From contig JAYGDX010000068.1 in the NCBI GenBank assembly GCA_046582655.1, positions 1-64,000 of the forward strand: 64,000 nt of DNA. The letters run 5' to 3'. Positions 9,781 to 18,572 of the stretch are shown one piece after another. The stretch's first letter is position 1; each line of letters begins with the position of its first letter. The notes beneath the pieces were generated by a model. It had not been told where the DNA came from, ran no database searches, and saw only the letters and a list, made by a program, of their open reading frames with translations. Origin of the DNA: Candidatus Poribacteria bacterium (GTDB taxonomy: Bacteria > Poribacteria > WGA-4E > UBA9662). The position numbers and the translations under genes were made by a program.

Positions 9781-10398
9781 CTAAATCTCTTCAAGCAAAT
9801 ATGCAATGTCTCTTGACAATTGATTCATCTTTTCCTGATCGACTCCATCATAATACCCACGGATTTGTAACTTTTGGTCGACGAGAACAAAGTAAGTACT
9901 GTGATTAATAGAATCTTCGATGGATCCAACCTTAAATCCTTTAAAAGCAAGCTGGTGTATGGCTTCTGATGAACCGGTTAAAAAATGCCAAATGTCGGTG
10001 TTAGCACTGTACAGTAAGGCGTATTTGCTCAGAACTTGTGGCGAATCCCGTTCTGGATCAACAGAAACTGAAATCATTCTTACCCGATTGTCTTTTTGAA
10101 AGTTCTTGTGAAATTCTGCCATTTGTCGGCTCATGGTTAAACATGGCCCGGCACATTTGGTAAATATAAAGTCAGCAACCCAAATTTTACCTGTCAGTTG
10201 ATTGGATGAAAATTCTTTGGCGTTGGAATCAATAAGTGTAAATTCAGGGACCTGACCATAAACAGCAAGTCCGGAAGATTCAATGCGGGAGTCTTGAAAG
10301 AGAATGAAGCAAATTATGAATAACCCAAAGATTATAAGCGGAACAACAGCGATTGGCAGGAATCTTAACATAGGTCCCACATCTATAGATTGAATCAA
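9781..10398 (-). CDS. SCO family copper chaperone (SCO1/SenC)
   Basis: DFIFTKCAGPC (CxxxC), SVDPERD, NHSTYFVLVD; start may be ATG 10371. Confidence 0.93.
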   Translation of the reverse strand: MIQSIDVGPMLRFLPIAVVPLIIFGLFIICFILFQDSRIESSGLAVYGQVPEFTLIDSNAKEFSSNQLTGKIWVADFIFTKCAGPCLTMSRQMAEFHKNFQKDNRVRMISVSVDPERDSPQVLSKYALLYSANTDIWHFLTGSSEAIHQLAFKGFKVGSIEDSINHSTYFVLVDQKLQIRGYYDGVDQEKMNQLSRDIAYLLEEI

Positions 10399-10820
10399 AT
10401 GCTTCTAAGCATCACGCCAAGCAAGACAGCAACGGAAGTTGAAACTAAAGCCAAAAGCCACATCTTTTCTGCTGATGGATAGTTTCCTCCTTGAGCTTTC
10501 TTTGATCCAATTCCGGCAAATGCACCGACAGCAACCAGAAGCAGAAGTTTGGTCAAAATAATGTGAGTCATCCCATCTTTAAATATCTCACCCAATGAAG
10601 TGCCAATTTGAAGCGAATTTTGCACATGGAGATAAAATAGAGCAAATCCACTGATTAAGATTAATCCAATGAAGAATTGGGATGTTTTCAGTAAAGCATG
10701 GATAATACCTTGATAAGACTGATCAGCTGAGGAAAAAATCATCCGTCCATAAAGGAACCCACCGAATACACCAGCCATGGCAAGTAAGTGAACCCAAATC
10801 AGCAGATTTTTTAGTAGCAT
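10395..10820 (-). CDS. 4-TM membrane protein, CopD-like
   Basis: WVHLLAMAGVFGG and LTKLLL helices; overlaps the sco ORF start. Confidence 0.55.
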   Translation of the reverse strand: MLLKNLLIWVHLLAMAGVFGGFLYGRMIFSSADQSYQGIIHALLKTSQFFIGLILISGFALFYLHVQNSLQIGTSLGEIFKDGMTHIILTKLLLLVAVGAFAGIGSKKAQGGNYPSAEKMWLLALVSTSVAVLLGVMLRSI

Positions 10821-10928
10821 TTTATTTCAAAAGGTTATGAAAAGAGCGGAGACAATTTAATTAGTTACTAATTACTAACGAAAAGAAAGGAATGATCGGA
10901 TAAACCAACTCCAGAAAAAACAGATTAC

Positions 10929-12152
10929 TTATTCGTCTTCTTCAGATTCGGCAACTTTCTTGGCCATCCACTTTTCGAATTCGCCCTCGGGATGGACCAC
11001 CATGTCAGCACGCATAAGATAATGACCGATACCACACAGTTGCGCACAAGCAACTTCCCATGGCCGACTAATTTTAACGATCTTAGATCCGATCAAATCT
11101 TTTGGGGAAGACACTTCAAATGTACCATTTTCCAGATTGATATTTTTAACGATTAATTCCTGTCCACGCTGACCCAGTTCACTACCAGTGAACAAAACTT
11201 TAGCAGCTCGTCCCAATATACCATAGAAGTCTTTTTCTGGAGGAGGCGATGCTTCTTGACCTATTTCCCCCCTGCCGTAGAAATCCTTAATATGTTCAGG
11301 ACCTACCGTAATCACAAAAATTTGATCCTCCTTTTGATCCTCCTTAGGAGTAACTGTAAAGTCAGTTATGCTTACCCGATCATAACTAGATTTACTTGGT
11401 TCAAAATACACAGGAATTTGTATTCCCGGGATTGCATCTTGCTTTACACGCATTACAGGCAGGGAGAACGCATGAATAACATCTTTACTCATCAGTTGGG
11501 CAATTACAGGTTTGTTAACCGATAAATGCAACTGATTGATAGTTGTAATATCATCCCTCGCATTTGGATCGCTTAGATCTAAACCAACTGGATTGTCCCG
11601 ATAGAAACCTTTGTTTCCTTTAACCGTTTTGGGATTAACGATACGACCAAATTTACCGTCTGGTCCCGGATAGTGAAAATTCCAAGCAAACTGTTCTGCC
11701 AAAACACGAACTACGAGAGGATCCTCATCGGATTTGACGTTGGCATCCACAAGTTGCTGTGACCAGAATGGCAGTGAAATGCCAATCAGCAAAACTCCCT
11801 CGATAACTGCGACGCCGATTTCCAAGTAACTTGAAAGATGACTCCTTACCCCTGCATAACTTGCGATCGGGTTCTTGGATTGCCTGAAACGTAGTAGCGT
11901 ATAGATCAAAAAAATGCCCCAGCCAATCCCCAAAACAAACATCAGGATATGAGTCAGATAAATCAGGTTGTCAGTTTCATGCACGCCACTCTTTAAAACG
12001 CCATGGGCTGTTGCATTCATCGGCATACCCGGCATTTTTTTGCCTAGATCTAAAAGATCCCTCATAGGCAGGATAATGCTGACTATAAGAACAATGGCAG
12101 TAAGGCCAAAAATCACCAGAAGGAACGATCGTTTTGAGGTGGATTTCTCCAT
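10929..12152 (-). CDS. coxB: Cytochrome c oxidase subunit II (CuA) with ~110-aa insertion
   Basis: TM helices, QFAWNFHY, DVIHAF, KQDAIPG, CAQLCGIGHYLM CuA ligands. Confidence 0.93.
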   Translation of the reverse strand: MEKSTSKRSFLLVIFGLTAIVLIVSIILPMRDLLDLGKKMPGMPMNATAHGVLKSGVHETDNLIYLTHILMFVLGIGWGIFLIYTLLRFRQSKNPIASYAGVRSHLSSYLEIGVAVIEGVLLIGISLPFWSQQLVDANVKSDEDPLVVRVLAEQFAWNFHYPGPDGKFGRIVNPKTVKGNKGFYRDNPVGLDLSDPNARDDITTINQLHLSVNKPVIAQLMSKDVIHAFSLPVMRVKQDAIPGIQIPVYFEPSKSSYDRVSITDFTVTPKEDQKEDQIFVITVGPEHIKDFYGRGEIGQEASPPPEKDFYGILGRAAKVLFTGSELGQRGQELIVKNINLENGTFEVSSPKDLIGSKIVKISRPWEVACAQLCGIGHYLMRADMVVHPEGEFEKWMAKKVAESEEDE

Positions 12153-12410
12153 TTATGAATTTCCTCTCTTTTTCTCGTTTAAGCTGTTGGCATGGGCTTT
12201 TGCTCTTTTCCGAAGGTTCAGAAAAAACACGGCAAAGCTAGCCCCGGTTCCAGCAACAAAGACAAGCAATGTCAAAATACCCATGTTCATGCCAATTATC
12301 ATTGGAGATTCTGGATCGCCATAGCAGACGGAACAGGCAACAGATATTTGCTGAACAGATAACATCAAAAGAAAACTGCAAGTAAAAGGCAAATAGTTTA
12401 TGCGCTTCAC
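12153..12410 (-). CDS. Small CxxC membrane protein of the cox cluster
   Basis: Signal-like N-terminus, ACSVCYG, one TM helix; overlaps the upstream ORF by 4 bp and abuts coxB. Confidence 0.7.
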   Translation of the reverse strand: MKRINYLPFTCSFLLMLSVQQISVACSVCYGDPESPMIIGMNMGILTLLVFVAGTGASFAVFFLNLRKRAKAHANSLNEKKRGNS

Positions 12411-12613
12411 GGAATCCTCAAGTCTTTAGTTTTTCGAAGAAACAGAAAAATATAGTAGATTAACCCAGCACCGGCGGCAATGGAAAACAAGCTGCCAAGT
12501 AAATAAATGACGGTAGTGTTTGCCAAATAGAACCTCAAACACCAAGCACCAAAACCAAATGAGAAAATGGCAGAGATAAGAATCACAATGATGTGAAATG
12601 CTTTAAGTGACAT
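12407..12613 (-). CDS. Small 2-TM membrane protein of the cox cluster
   Basis: MSLKAFHII..., two hydrophobic helices; coupled to the downstream ORF. Confidence 0.7.
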   Translation of the reverse strand: MSLKAFHIIVILISAIFSFGFGAWCLRFYLANTTVIYLLGSLFSIAAGAGLIYYIFLFLRKTKDLRIP

Positions 12614-12636
12614 GATTAGAGCCTTTTATTACTAAT

Positions 12637-13842
12637 TTAAGATCTGGAGAAGGCAAAGTTAGATGTTGAAGTTTCACCCTCGTTAACCGTGACCGTTGCG
12701 GTTTGAGTCCCCAATTTTTCATGCCAAGCTTCAATCTGATAAGTGCCAGCCGGTAAATCCCTGATTTCAAATTTTCCGTTCGGTGCAGTCAGGCTGAAAA
12801 ATGGATGGGGCAGAACACTAACATATCCACCCATCCAAGGATGGACATCACATTTAATCGGAAAAGGATCCTGTTCTTCCTTCTGGAAGAAGATATCAGT
12901 GATTTCCTTGGTCATTTTCGGCATGGCTTTATTAAATTCTGAGTTTACATCTGGCATGGCATGAACATTGTGCATGATACCGTCAGAATTCCTGATGGTG
13001 ATTTTCTGACCAGACATTACCGCTAGAATATGGGGATTATACATACATCCATATTGATCTAAGACTGCTGGTTGAATACGGCCAGCCGCAACCTCATCAG
13101 TTACGTCGTAGGCTCGGCCAATGGGTGGACCAGAGGTAATGCGAACTAAAATATTGGCCAACGCATTACCTGTCCCAACAACTACGGTATCAGATGTTGG
13201 TTCGGTTGTTGTATATTTTCCGTAACAACCGACATCAACCGACATCTCTTCTATCAGTGATTTCACTCTGGGAACAGTGCCTTCAAAAGTAACCAACCCG
13301 GAAATAATTGAGGTGCCGTATATGGCGCCACCGGATGAGGCGGCTGTTGAATCATCGCCTGTTTGTTGAGGATTAAACACTTTATTGCGCCAATAAGCGC
13401 CAATTGGGCTGCCTGCTGGGGCTGAATAGTCACCTTCATCATCATGGTCTCCATGCTCCTCATCATGCTCCTGATGTTCGTGAAGGTGGGCTAGAGATGC
13501 ATTATACTCTTGTTGGAACCTGTTTTCGTCTTCGGTCTTTGAATAAGGGTGTTTGTTCTTTGTTGCACCAAGCACAATGAACACTAAGATAAAAAAGCAA
13601 ACAACCGTTAGCCCCAGAAGCCGATAAATAGATTTCTTTTCGTGGTTCAAGTGCATGAAATACAATGCTACCAACGATCCCTTAATTGTAGCAACGATCA
13701 AAGCAATGACGATACCGCCTGCTATACCAAGGTCGACGTAGCTAACTCCAACAGTGACCGCTGTCAGTATGGCTAAAGCCAGGAAAACATATAAATACTT
13801 CTTAACATCTTGGCTGACATCATGTATGTGACCTTCTGCCAT
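12637..13842 (-). CDS. Cytochrome c oxidase subunit IV fused to His-rich linker and cupredoxin-like/carboxypeptidase-regulatory-like domain
   Basis: N-terminus YLYVFLALAILT...IKGSLVALYFMHL (subunit IV); C-terminus HNVH...CDVHPWM and EAWHEKLG. Confidence 0.85.
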   Translation of the reverse strand: MAEGHIHDVSQDVKKYLYVFLALAILTAVTVGVSYVDLGIAGGIVIALIVATIKGSLVALYFMHLNHEKKSIYRLLGLTVVCFFILVFIVLGATKNKHPYSKTEDENRFQQEYNASLAHLHEHQEHDEEHGDHDDEGDYSAPAGSPIGAYWRNKVFNPQQTGDDSTAASSGGAIYGTSIISGLVTFEGTVPRVKSLIEEMSVDVGCYGKYTTTEPTSDTVVVGTGNALANILVRITSGPPIGRAYDVTDEVAAGRIQPAVLDQYGCMYNPHILAVMSGQKITIRNSDGIMHNVHAMPDVNSEFNKAMPKMTKEITDIFFQKEEQDPFPIKCDVHPWMGGYVSVLPHPFFSLTAPNGKFEIRDLPAGTYQIEAWHEKLGTQTATVTVNEGETSTSNFAFSRS

Positions 13843-13856
13843 TATTCAATTCCTCC

Positions 13857-14762
13857 CTAACTTCCGGGTAACAAGTATAGAACAGGAAACAGGAAAATCC
13901 AGACCAGATCGACAAAGTGCCAGTATAACCCAGCACATTCAATTCGATTTATAAATCTGTCCGGTTCAGTCTCCCACATTTGACAACCCGGAACTGCTGA
14001 TACAAATGTTCTCACCAATCCCGAAAGCATAAGAAAAACGTATAAAATAATAGGACTAACAGCGAAAACAATTCCAATTTTGTACATGAAAGCGCCTAAT
14101 ACTATCAATACAACAGGTATGATTAAGTAATATATGATTGTCCAAAATCGTGTTAACAGGGATTTCCAAGGTAATAAGAAGTATCCATTGACCAGAACAC
14201 CACCGACAATGTGAAGCGCATGCAATCCGGTCAAGGTAAAGTATATAGCGTAGAAATTATGGGTTTTGGGATATATACCGTGAGAAAATTTGTAGTTATA
14301 TTCATAAGCTTTTGCGACTAAAAAAACCAACGAGAGTAAGATAGTAAGCCCCATAAAGAGTTGGAATTTCTTCAGACTCTCAGCTCGAATTTTTTGAGGA
14401 TTAGACAGAGCTGATACCGTAATCCTTTCCTGCACGTCCTCCGGATCTAATTCTACGCCGGCTATTTCCTGCTCCCTCGCCCGACCAATTGCCAAAGATG
14501 CCCAAGCCATGACAATAGTAACACTGGAAGCAATCAAGACGAAAGTGTTGAAGGTCGCTAGCGGAACATTGAGACCCGCCCCACCCTGTTCAATGGAGAG
14601 ACTGCCTTCGAGCCAACTAATCGCTCCGGTACGTAACAGGATATAAGTGGAGAAAAGACCTCCGAACAGCATCACTTCAGACGCCAAGAAAAGCCATATT
14701 CCCATTTTACCGTTATAGACGCCCGTATCCGGTCGACTTTCTACTGTATAAGGAATTTGCAA
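13857..14762 (-). CDS. coxC: Cytochrome c oxidase subunit III with insertions
   Basis: [41 protein letters not shown]. Confidence 0.93.
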   Translation of the reverse strand: MQIPYTVESRPDTGVYNGKMGIWLFLASEVMLFGGLFSTYILLRTGAISWLEGSLSIEQGGAGLNVPLATFNTFVLIASSVTIVMAWASLAIGRAREQEIAGVELDPEDVQERITVSALSNPQKIRAESLKKFQLFMGLTILLSLVFLVAKAYEYNYKFSHGIYPKTHNFYAIYFTLTGLHALHIVGGVLVNGYFLLPWKSLLTRFWTIIYYLIIPVVLIVLGAFMYKIGIVFAVSPIILYVFLMLSGLVRTFVSAVPGCQMWETEPDRFINRIECAGLYWHFVDLVWIFLFPVLYLLPGS

Positions 14763-14764
14763 AA

Positions 14765-16513
14765 TTAAGCCTCCAATTCCAGCGCTTTATTTTGTGGTGT
14801 GAAATCTTTGTCCATGCCTGGCAGGCTATACTCATATGGTCCACGAAAGACTTCAGGGATTTCCTCGAAGTTCCTGTGGGGTAGTGGAGGAGATGGAGCC
14901 GCTGCCCATTCTAGCGTAGTAGCCTGCCATGTGTTGTCCTTGGCTTCTTCACCTTTCCAGATGCTACTGAAAAAATTAAAAATAAATGGGAGTTGGAAAA
15001 TCGCCAGGCCCCAAGCGCCAAACGATATCACCTGATTCCAAACCAAGACATCCTGAGCATGAGCGTATGTTAGACCACCATCAGCCAATCGCCTGGAAAC
15101 ACCGGCTAATCCCTGAATAAACATTGGCATGAAAACCACGTTCATGCCAATGAAAGATCCAAAAAAGTGAATTTTTCCCAAGCCTTCATCCATACGGCGG
15201 CCTGTAATTTTAGGAAACCAGTAATAGATTCCAGCAAAAAGGGCAAAGATCGTCCCCGGCGCGACAACGTAGTGAAAATGACCAATGACGTAATAAGTAT
15301 CATGAAGGGGAATGTCGCTAGTATTCAGTCCTAGCGGCAAGCCTGTCAGTCCGCCAATACCGAACATCGGTAAAAAAGCCAAGGCAAAAAGCATTGGGGT
15401 ATTGAAGCGAATTGATCCTCCCCAAAGTGAAATCATAAATGCTGTCAAGATGACGACAGATGGAATGGAGATAATCATCGTTGTGGTTTGGAAGAAGGCG
15501 CTGATAGTTGTTCCCATACCGGTCAGGTACATGTGATGCGCCCAGACAATAAAAGACATGAAACCAAGAAAGATCACAGCATAAACCAGGGATTTATAGC
15601 CCCAAAGTGGTTTCCGTGTATTATTGGCGATAACCTCGCCAACAATTCCCATAGCCGGTAAAATCAAAACGTAAACTTCCGGGTGGGCTAAAAACCAAAA
15701 TAAATGTTGCCAGAGCACCGGACTTCCACCACCAGCTATATCAATTGGTTGACCACTAATCACTAAACCTGTCGGCATGAAAAAGCTGGTTCCAGCAAGA
15801 CGATCCATCAGTTGAAGGATCCCTGCTGCTTCCAACGGAGGAAACGCTAACAGAAGCAGAAAAGATGTAACCAACTGTGCCCAGACAAAAAACGGCAAAC
15901 GCATAAAGCTCAATCCTGGTGCACGAAGTTGGATAATGGTAACAATAAAATTGACAGAACCTAGCAAGGACGAAGTAATGAGAAATACCATGCCAATTAG
16001 CCAAAAATCCTGTCCATGCCCAGCGGCGATATTGGACAATGGGGGATAGGATGTCCAACCGGATTGGGCAGGACCAAGGGGAATAAAAAAACTAATCAAC
16101 ATGATAAGACCACCGACAAAATAGACCCAGTAGCTGGTCATATTAAGCCGGGGGAAGGCCATATCAGGCGCCCCTATTTGAATCGGAACAATATAATTAC
16201 CGAATGCACCGACACCGAGTGGAACAACTCCCAGAAAGATCATAATAGTGCCATGCATAGCACCAAACTGATTGTACACTTCCGATGAAATCGCAGCACC
16301 AATTATAGGGAGAGGATTATCGGGGAACGCCAATTGCCAACGCATCAACATCATCAGGACAAAACCAAAAAAAAGAAAAACCAAGCTAGTAATGCCATAC
16401 TGGATGCCAATGGTCTTGTGATCTACTGAGAAAACGTACTTTCGCCAGAAGCCTTCATAGTGATGATGTTCCTCATGATTTTCATGAAGGTTTGAATCGT
16501 TCTGATGCTCCAT
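14765..16513 (-). CDS. coxA: Heme-copper (A-family) cytochrome c oxidase subunit I
   Basis: [51 protein letters not shown]. Confidence 0.96.
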   Translation of the reverse strand: MEHQNDSNLHENHEEHHHYEGFWRKYVFSVDHKTIGIQYGITSLVFLFFGFVLMMLMRWQLAFPDNPLPIIGAAISSEVYNQFGAMHGTIMIFLGVVPLGVGAFGNYIVPIQIGAPDMAFPRLNMTSYWVYFVGGLIMLISFFIPLGPAQSGWTSYPPLSNIAAGHGQDFWLIGMVFLITSSLLGSVNFIVTIIQLRAPGLSFMRLPFFVWAQLVTSFLLLLAFPPLEAAGILQLMDRLAGTSFFMPTGLVISGQPIDIAGGGSPVLWQHLFWFLAHPEVYVLILPAMGIVGEVIANNTRKPLWGYKSLVYAVIFLGFMSFIVWAHHMYLTGMGTTISAFFQTTTMIISIPSVVILTAFMISLWGGSIRFNTPMLFALAFLPMFGIGGLTGLPLGLNTSDIPLHDTYYVIGHFHYVVAPGTIFALFAGIYYWFPKITGRRMDEGLGKIHFFGSFIGMNVVFMPMFIQGLAGVSRRLADGGLTYAHAQDVLVWNQVISFGAWGLAIFQLPFIFNFFSSIWKGEEAKDNTWQATTLEWAAAPSPPLPHRNFEEIPEVFRGPYEYSLPGMDKDFTPQNKALELEA

Positions 16514-16554
16514 TTTCTTATCCTGTGTAATGCTTTACTTCTAGGACTTAATAA

Positions 16555-17373
16555 TTAAGATCTGCTCAAGGTAAAGTTTAATGTATGGGTTTTACCATCT
16601 ACAACAGTAACAGTTTGTGTTTGTGTCCCCAGTTTTTCATGCCAAGCCTCAACATCGTAAGTACCAGTCGGTAAGTTCTTAATCTCAAATTTCCCATCTG
16701 TGCCCGTTACGTTAAAAAACGGGTGATTTGAGATGCCAATGTAGCCTCCCATCCACGGGTGAACATCGCACTTAATAGGGAAGATTGGTTCAGCTTCCTC
16801 AAATTTGTGCGAATATGTGTTATTGGTTTTCGGCATAGCTCTATTAAACTCGGCATTTTTTTCTGGCAACGCATGGACATTATGCATAATTCCATCCGAG
16901 TTTAAAATATTTATTTCTTGTCCAGCCATGGCTCCAACCACGTGAGGTCTGTACATGCAACCGTCTTGATCTATCATTACAGGCTCAGATGGAGTAGCAT
17001 ACTTGGCATTGGTTGGCACCCCTTTTGTTACATGAACAAATACATTTGCCAATTGACTTTCTTTTCCCAAAACAATTGAATCTGATATTGGATCATCGGA
17101 GTACTTAGCAAAACAGGCAGATTCCACAGCCATTTCTTCAGCCAGAGATTTAGTCCATTTCTTGGGAGCTTTGCCTTCAAAGGTAATTTCTCCAATGATA
17201 ACTGCAGTTCCTGTTGGAGCCTTGGCAGTTGCTACAGGTTTGGTACCAGTAGAAGCGGATGGCCGTTTAGGAACGGGCCTCCGTCTTTTTTCCGATTTAT
17301 CATTTCCGCCACAACCATTGAAAATTAAAGCCGCCACAACCATAAAAACAACAACGACAAGTCGTTTTCTCAT
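16555..17373 (-). CDS. Lipoprotein with carboxypeptidase-regulatory-like fold and cupredoxin-like type-1 copper motif
   Basis: Lipobox-like FNGC; DQDGCMYRPH, HNVH, CDVHPWM; paralog of the subunit IV fusion domain. Confidence 0.8.
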   Translation of the reverse strand: MRKRLVVVVFMVVAALIFNGCGGNDKSEKRRRPVPKRPSASTGTKPVATAKAPTGTAVIIGEITFEGKAPKKWTKSLAEEMAVESACFAKYSDDPISDSIVLGKESQLANVFVHVTKGVPTNAKYATPSEPVMIDQDGCMYRPHVVGAMAGQEINILNSDGIMHNVHALPEKNAEFNRAMPKTNNTYSHKFEEAEPIFPIKCDVHPWMGGYIGISNHPFFNVTGTDGKFEIKNLPTGTYDVEAWHEKLGTQTQTVTVVDGKTHTLNFTLSRS

Positions 17374-17379
17374 TATTAT

Positions 17380-17793
17380 TTATTTGTTTTCCTTCTCAAA
17401 TTTTTCAGCCAGAAAATGTTTAAACCCTTCCATATCCGCAGGGACCTCAAAACCACGGAACTCACTATGGCAGTCATAGCAAACAACCATGCTCGGTACA
17501 CGCTGGTATAGTAGCCAATCAAAGAACGACAGAACTGGTAGGCTAAGGCAATACGTAAAGGGTGCCAGACAGATACCAACGAACATGATGGCTAACCCTA
17601 AGGCCTTATTGAAATCCTTTTGTCCGTAAAAATATGGACAACCGCATATGGGACATTTCTTAAAGATACTATCTTGATCAATCTGCCACGTTGCCTCGCA
17701 ATTCGAACACTGAATACTGCTAACCTCTGTATCAACTTCAATTTGCGAGTCATGACAACAGTTTTGGCACTCAACACCGATTGACGGTTTCAT
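17380..17793 (-). CDS. Zn-ribbon membrane protein
   Basis: Four CxxC pairs and a hydrophobic hairpin (QKDFNKALG...); 4-bp overlap with the upstream gene. Confidence 0.75.
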   Translation of the reverse strand: MKPSIGVECQNCCHDSQIEVDTEVSSIQCSNCEATWQIDQDSIFKKCPICGCPYFYGQKDFNKALGLAIMFVGICLAPFTYCLSLPVLSFFDWLLYQRVPSMVVCYDCHSEFRGFEVPADMEGFKHFLAEKFEKENK

Positions 17794-18566
17794 AGTGCAA
17801 GGCCATATTGAATAAGATAATACTTATATGCAAAATCCCCCATCAGCACTGAAATGGAGACAACATACAAAATCCCTGTTGCGGATTGAGTTGATTTTAA
17901 CTTTACCGTTTCATGTACAAAATATAGGAGAATAAATGGAAAAATTGTTCCAAAAAATAATCCAGTCGAGAGAAGCAGGCCATCAATCATCTGAATGAAG
18001 CGAAACAGCGATATTTCAACTTCCAGATACGTCACCTTTCCAATCATAATCGACAGAAGGTTCCAAATTAACCGCAGAGTCACTAATCCCCAGAAGATTC
18101 TCGTAGCTTTCATCAATAAATTAATCGGTAAATTTTCAACATTCAAGTACCAATGGCCAAGCACACCAGCAAAGATTGAAGCACATAGTACCAGACCACT
18201 AAGAATACTGATAATCTGCAGCATCCAGCCGTGCGAAATTAGTTGGCTCTGTACCTGAAAAAGGGCAATAACCCCTATGACTGATGTCGAAGCTATCGAA
18301 AACCATTTTATCCGGTCCCGATTCCAAAAGTAAGCGGCGACAGCAAGTAATGCCGCAAACCAGATGGTTGCCAGTCCTTTTACCGGAAACGTAACAGCGT
18401 GTATACGCCACAGGCTGACCACGCCAAGGCCACCTACTACGCCACAAAAGCCGAGATTGAAGCGATAAAATCCGGTTTTAACAATCTCTCTGTGGTTAAT
18501 CCAAAAAAAAAGGGGGTATAAACAGCCAAAACTAAGAGAGGTTGTAACAAGCGTGTTAGTTAGCAT
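17790..18566 (-). CDS. Polytopic membrane protein (LGHWYL motif)
   Basis: About 8 TM helices, GVLGHWYL, STQSATGILY; operon-embedded. Confidence 0.75.
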   Translation of the reverse strand: MLTNTLVTTSLSFGCLYPLFFWINHREIVKTGFYRFNLGFCGVVGGLGVVSLWRIHAVTFPVKGLATIWFAALLAVAAYFWNRDRIKWFSIASTSVIGVIALFQVQSQLISHGWMLQIISILSGLVLCASIFAGVLGHWYLNVENLPINLLMKATRIFWGLVTLRLIWNLLSIMIGKVTYLEVEISLFRFIQMIDGLLLSTGLFFGTIFPFILLYFVHETVKLKSTQSATGILYVVSISVLMGDFAYKYYLIQYGLAL

Positions 18567-18572
18567 TTCTTA

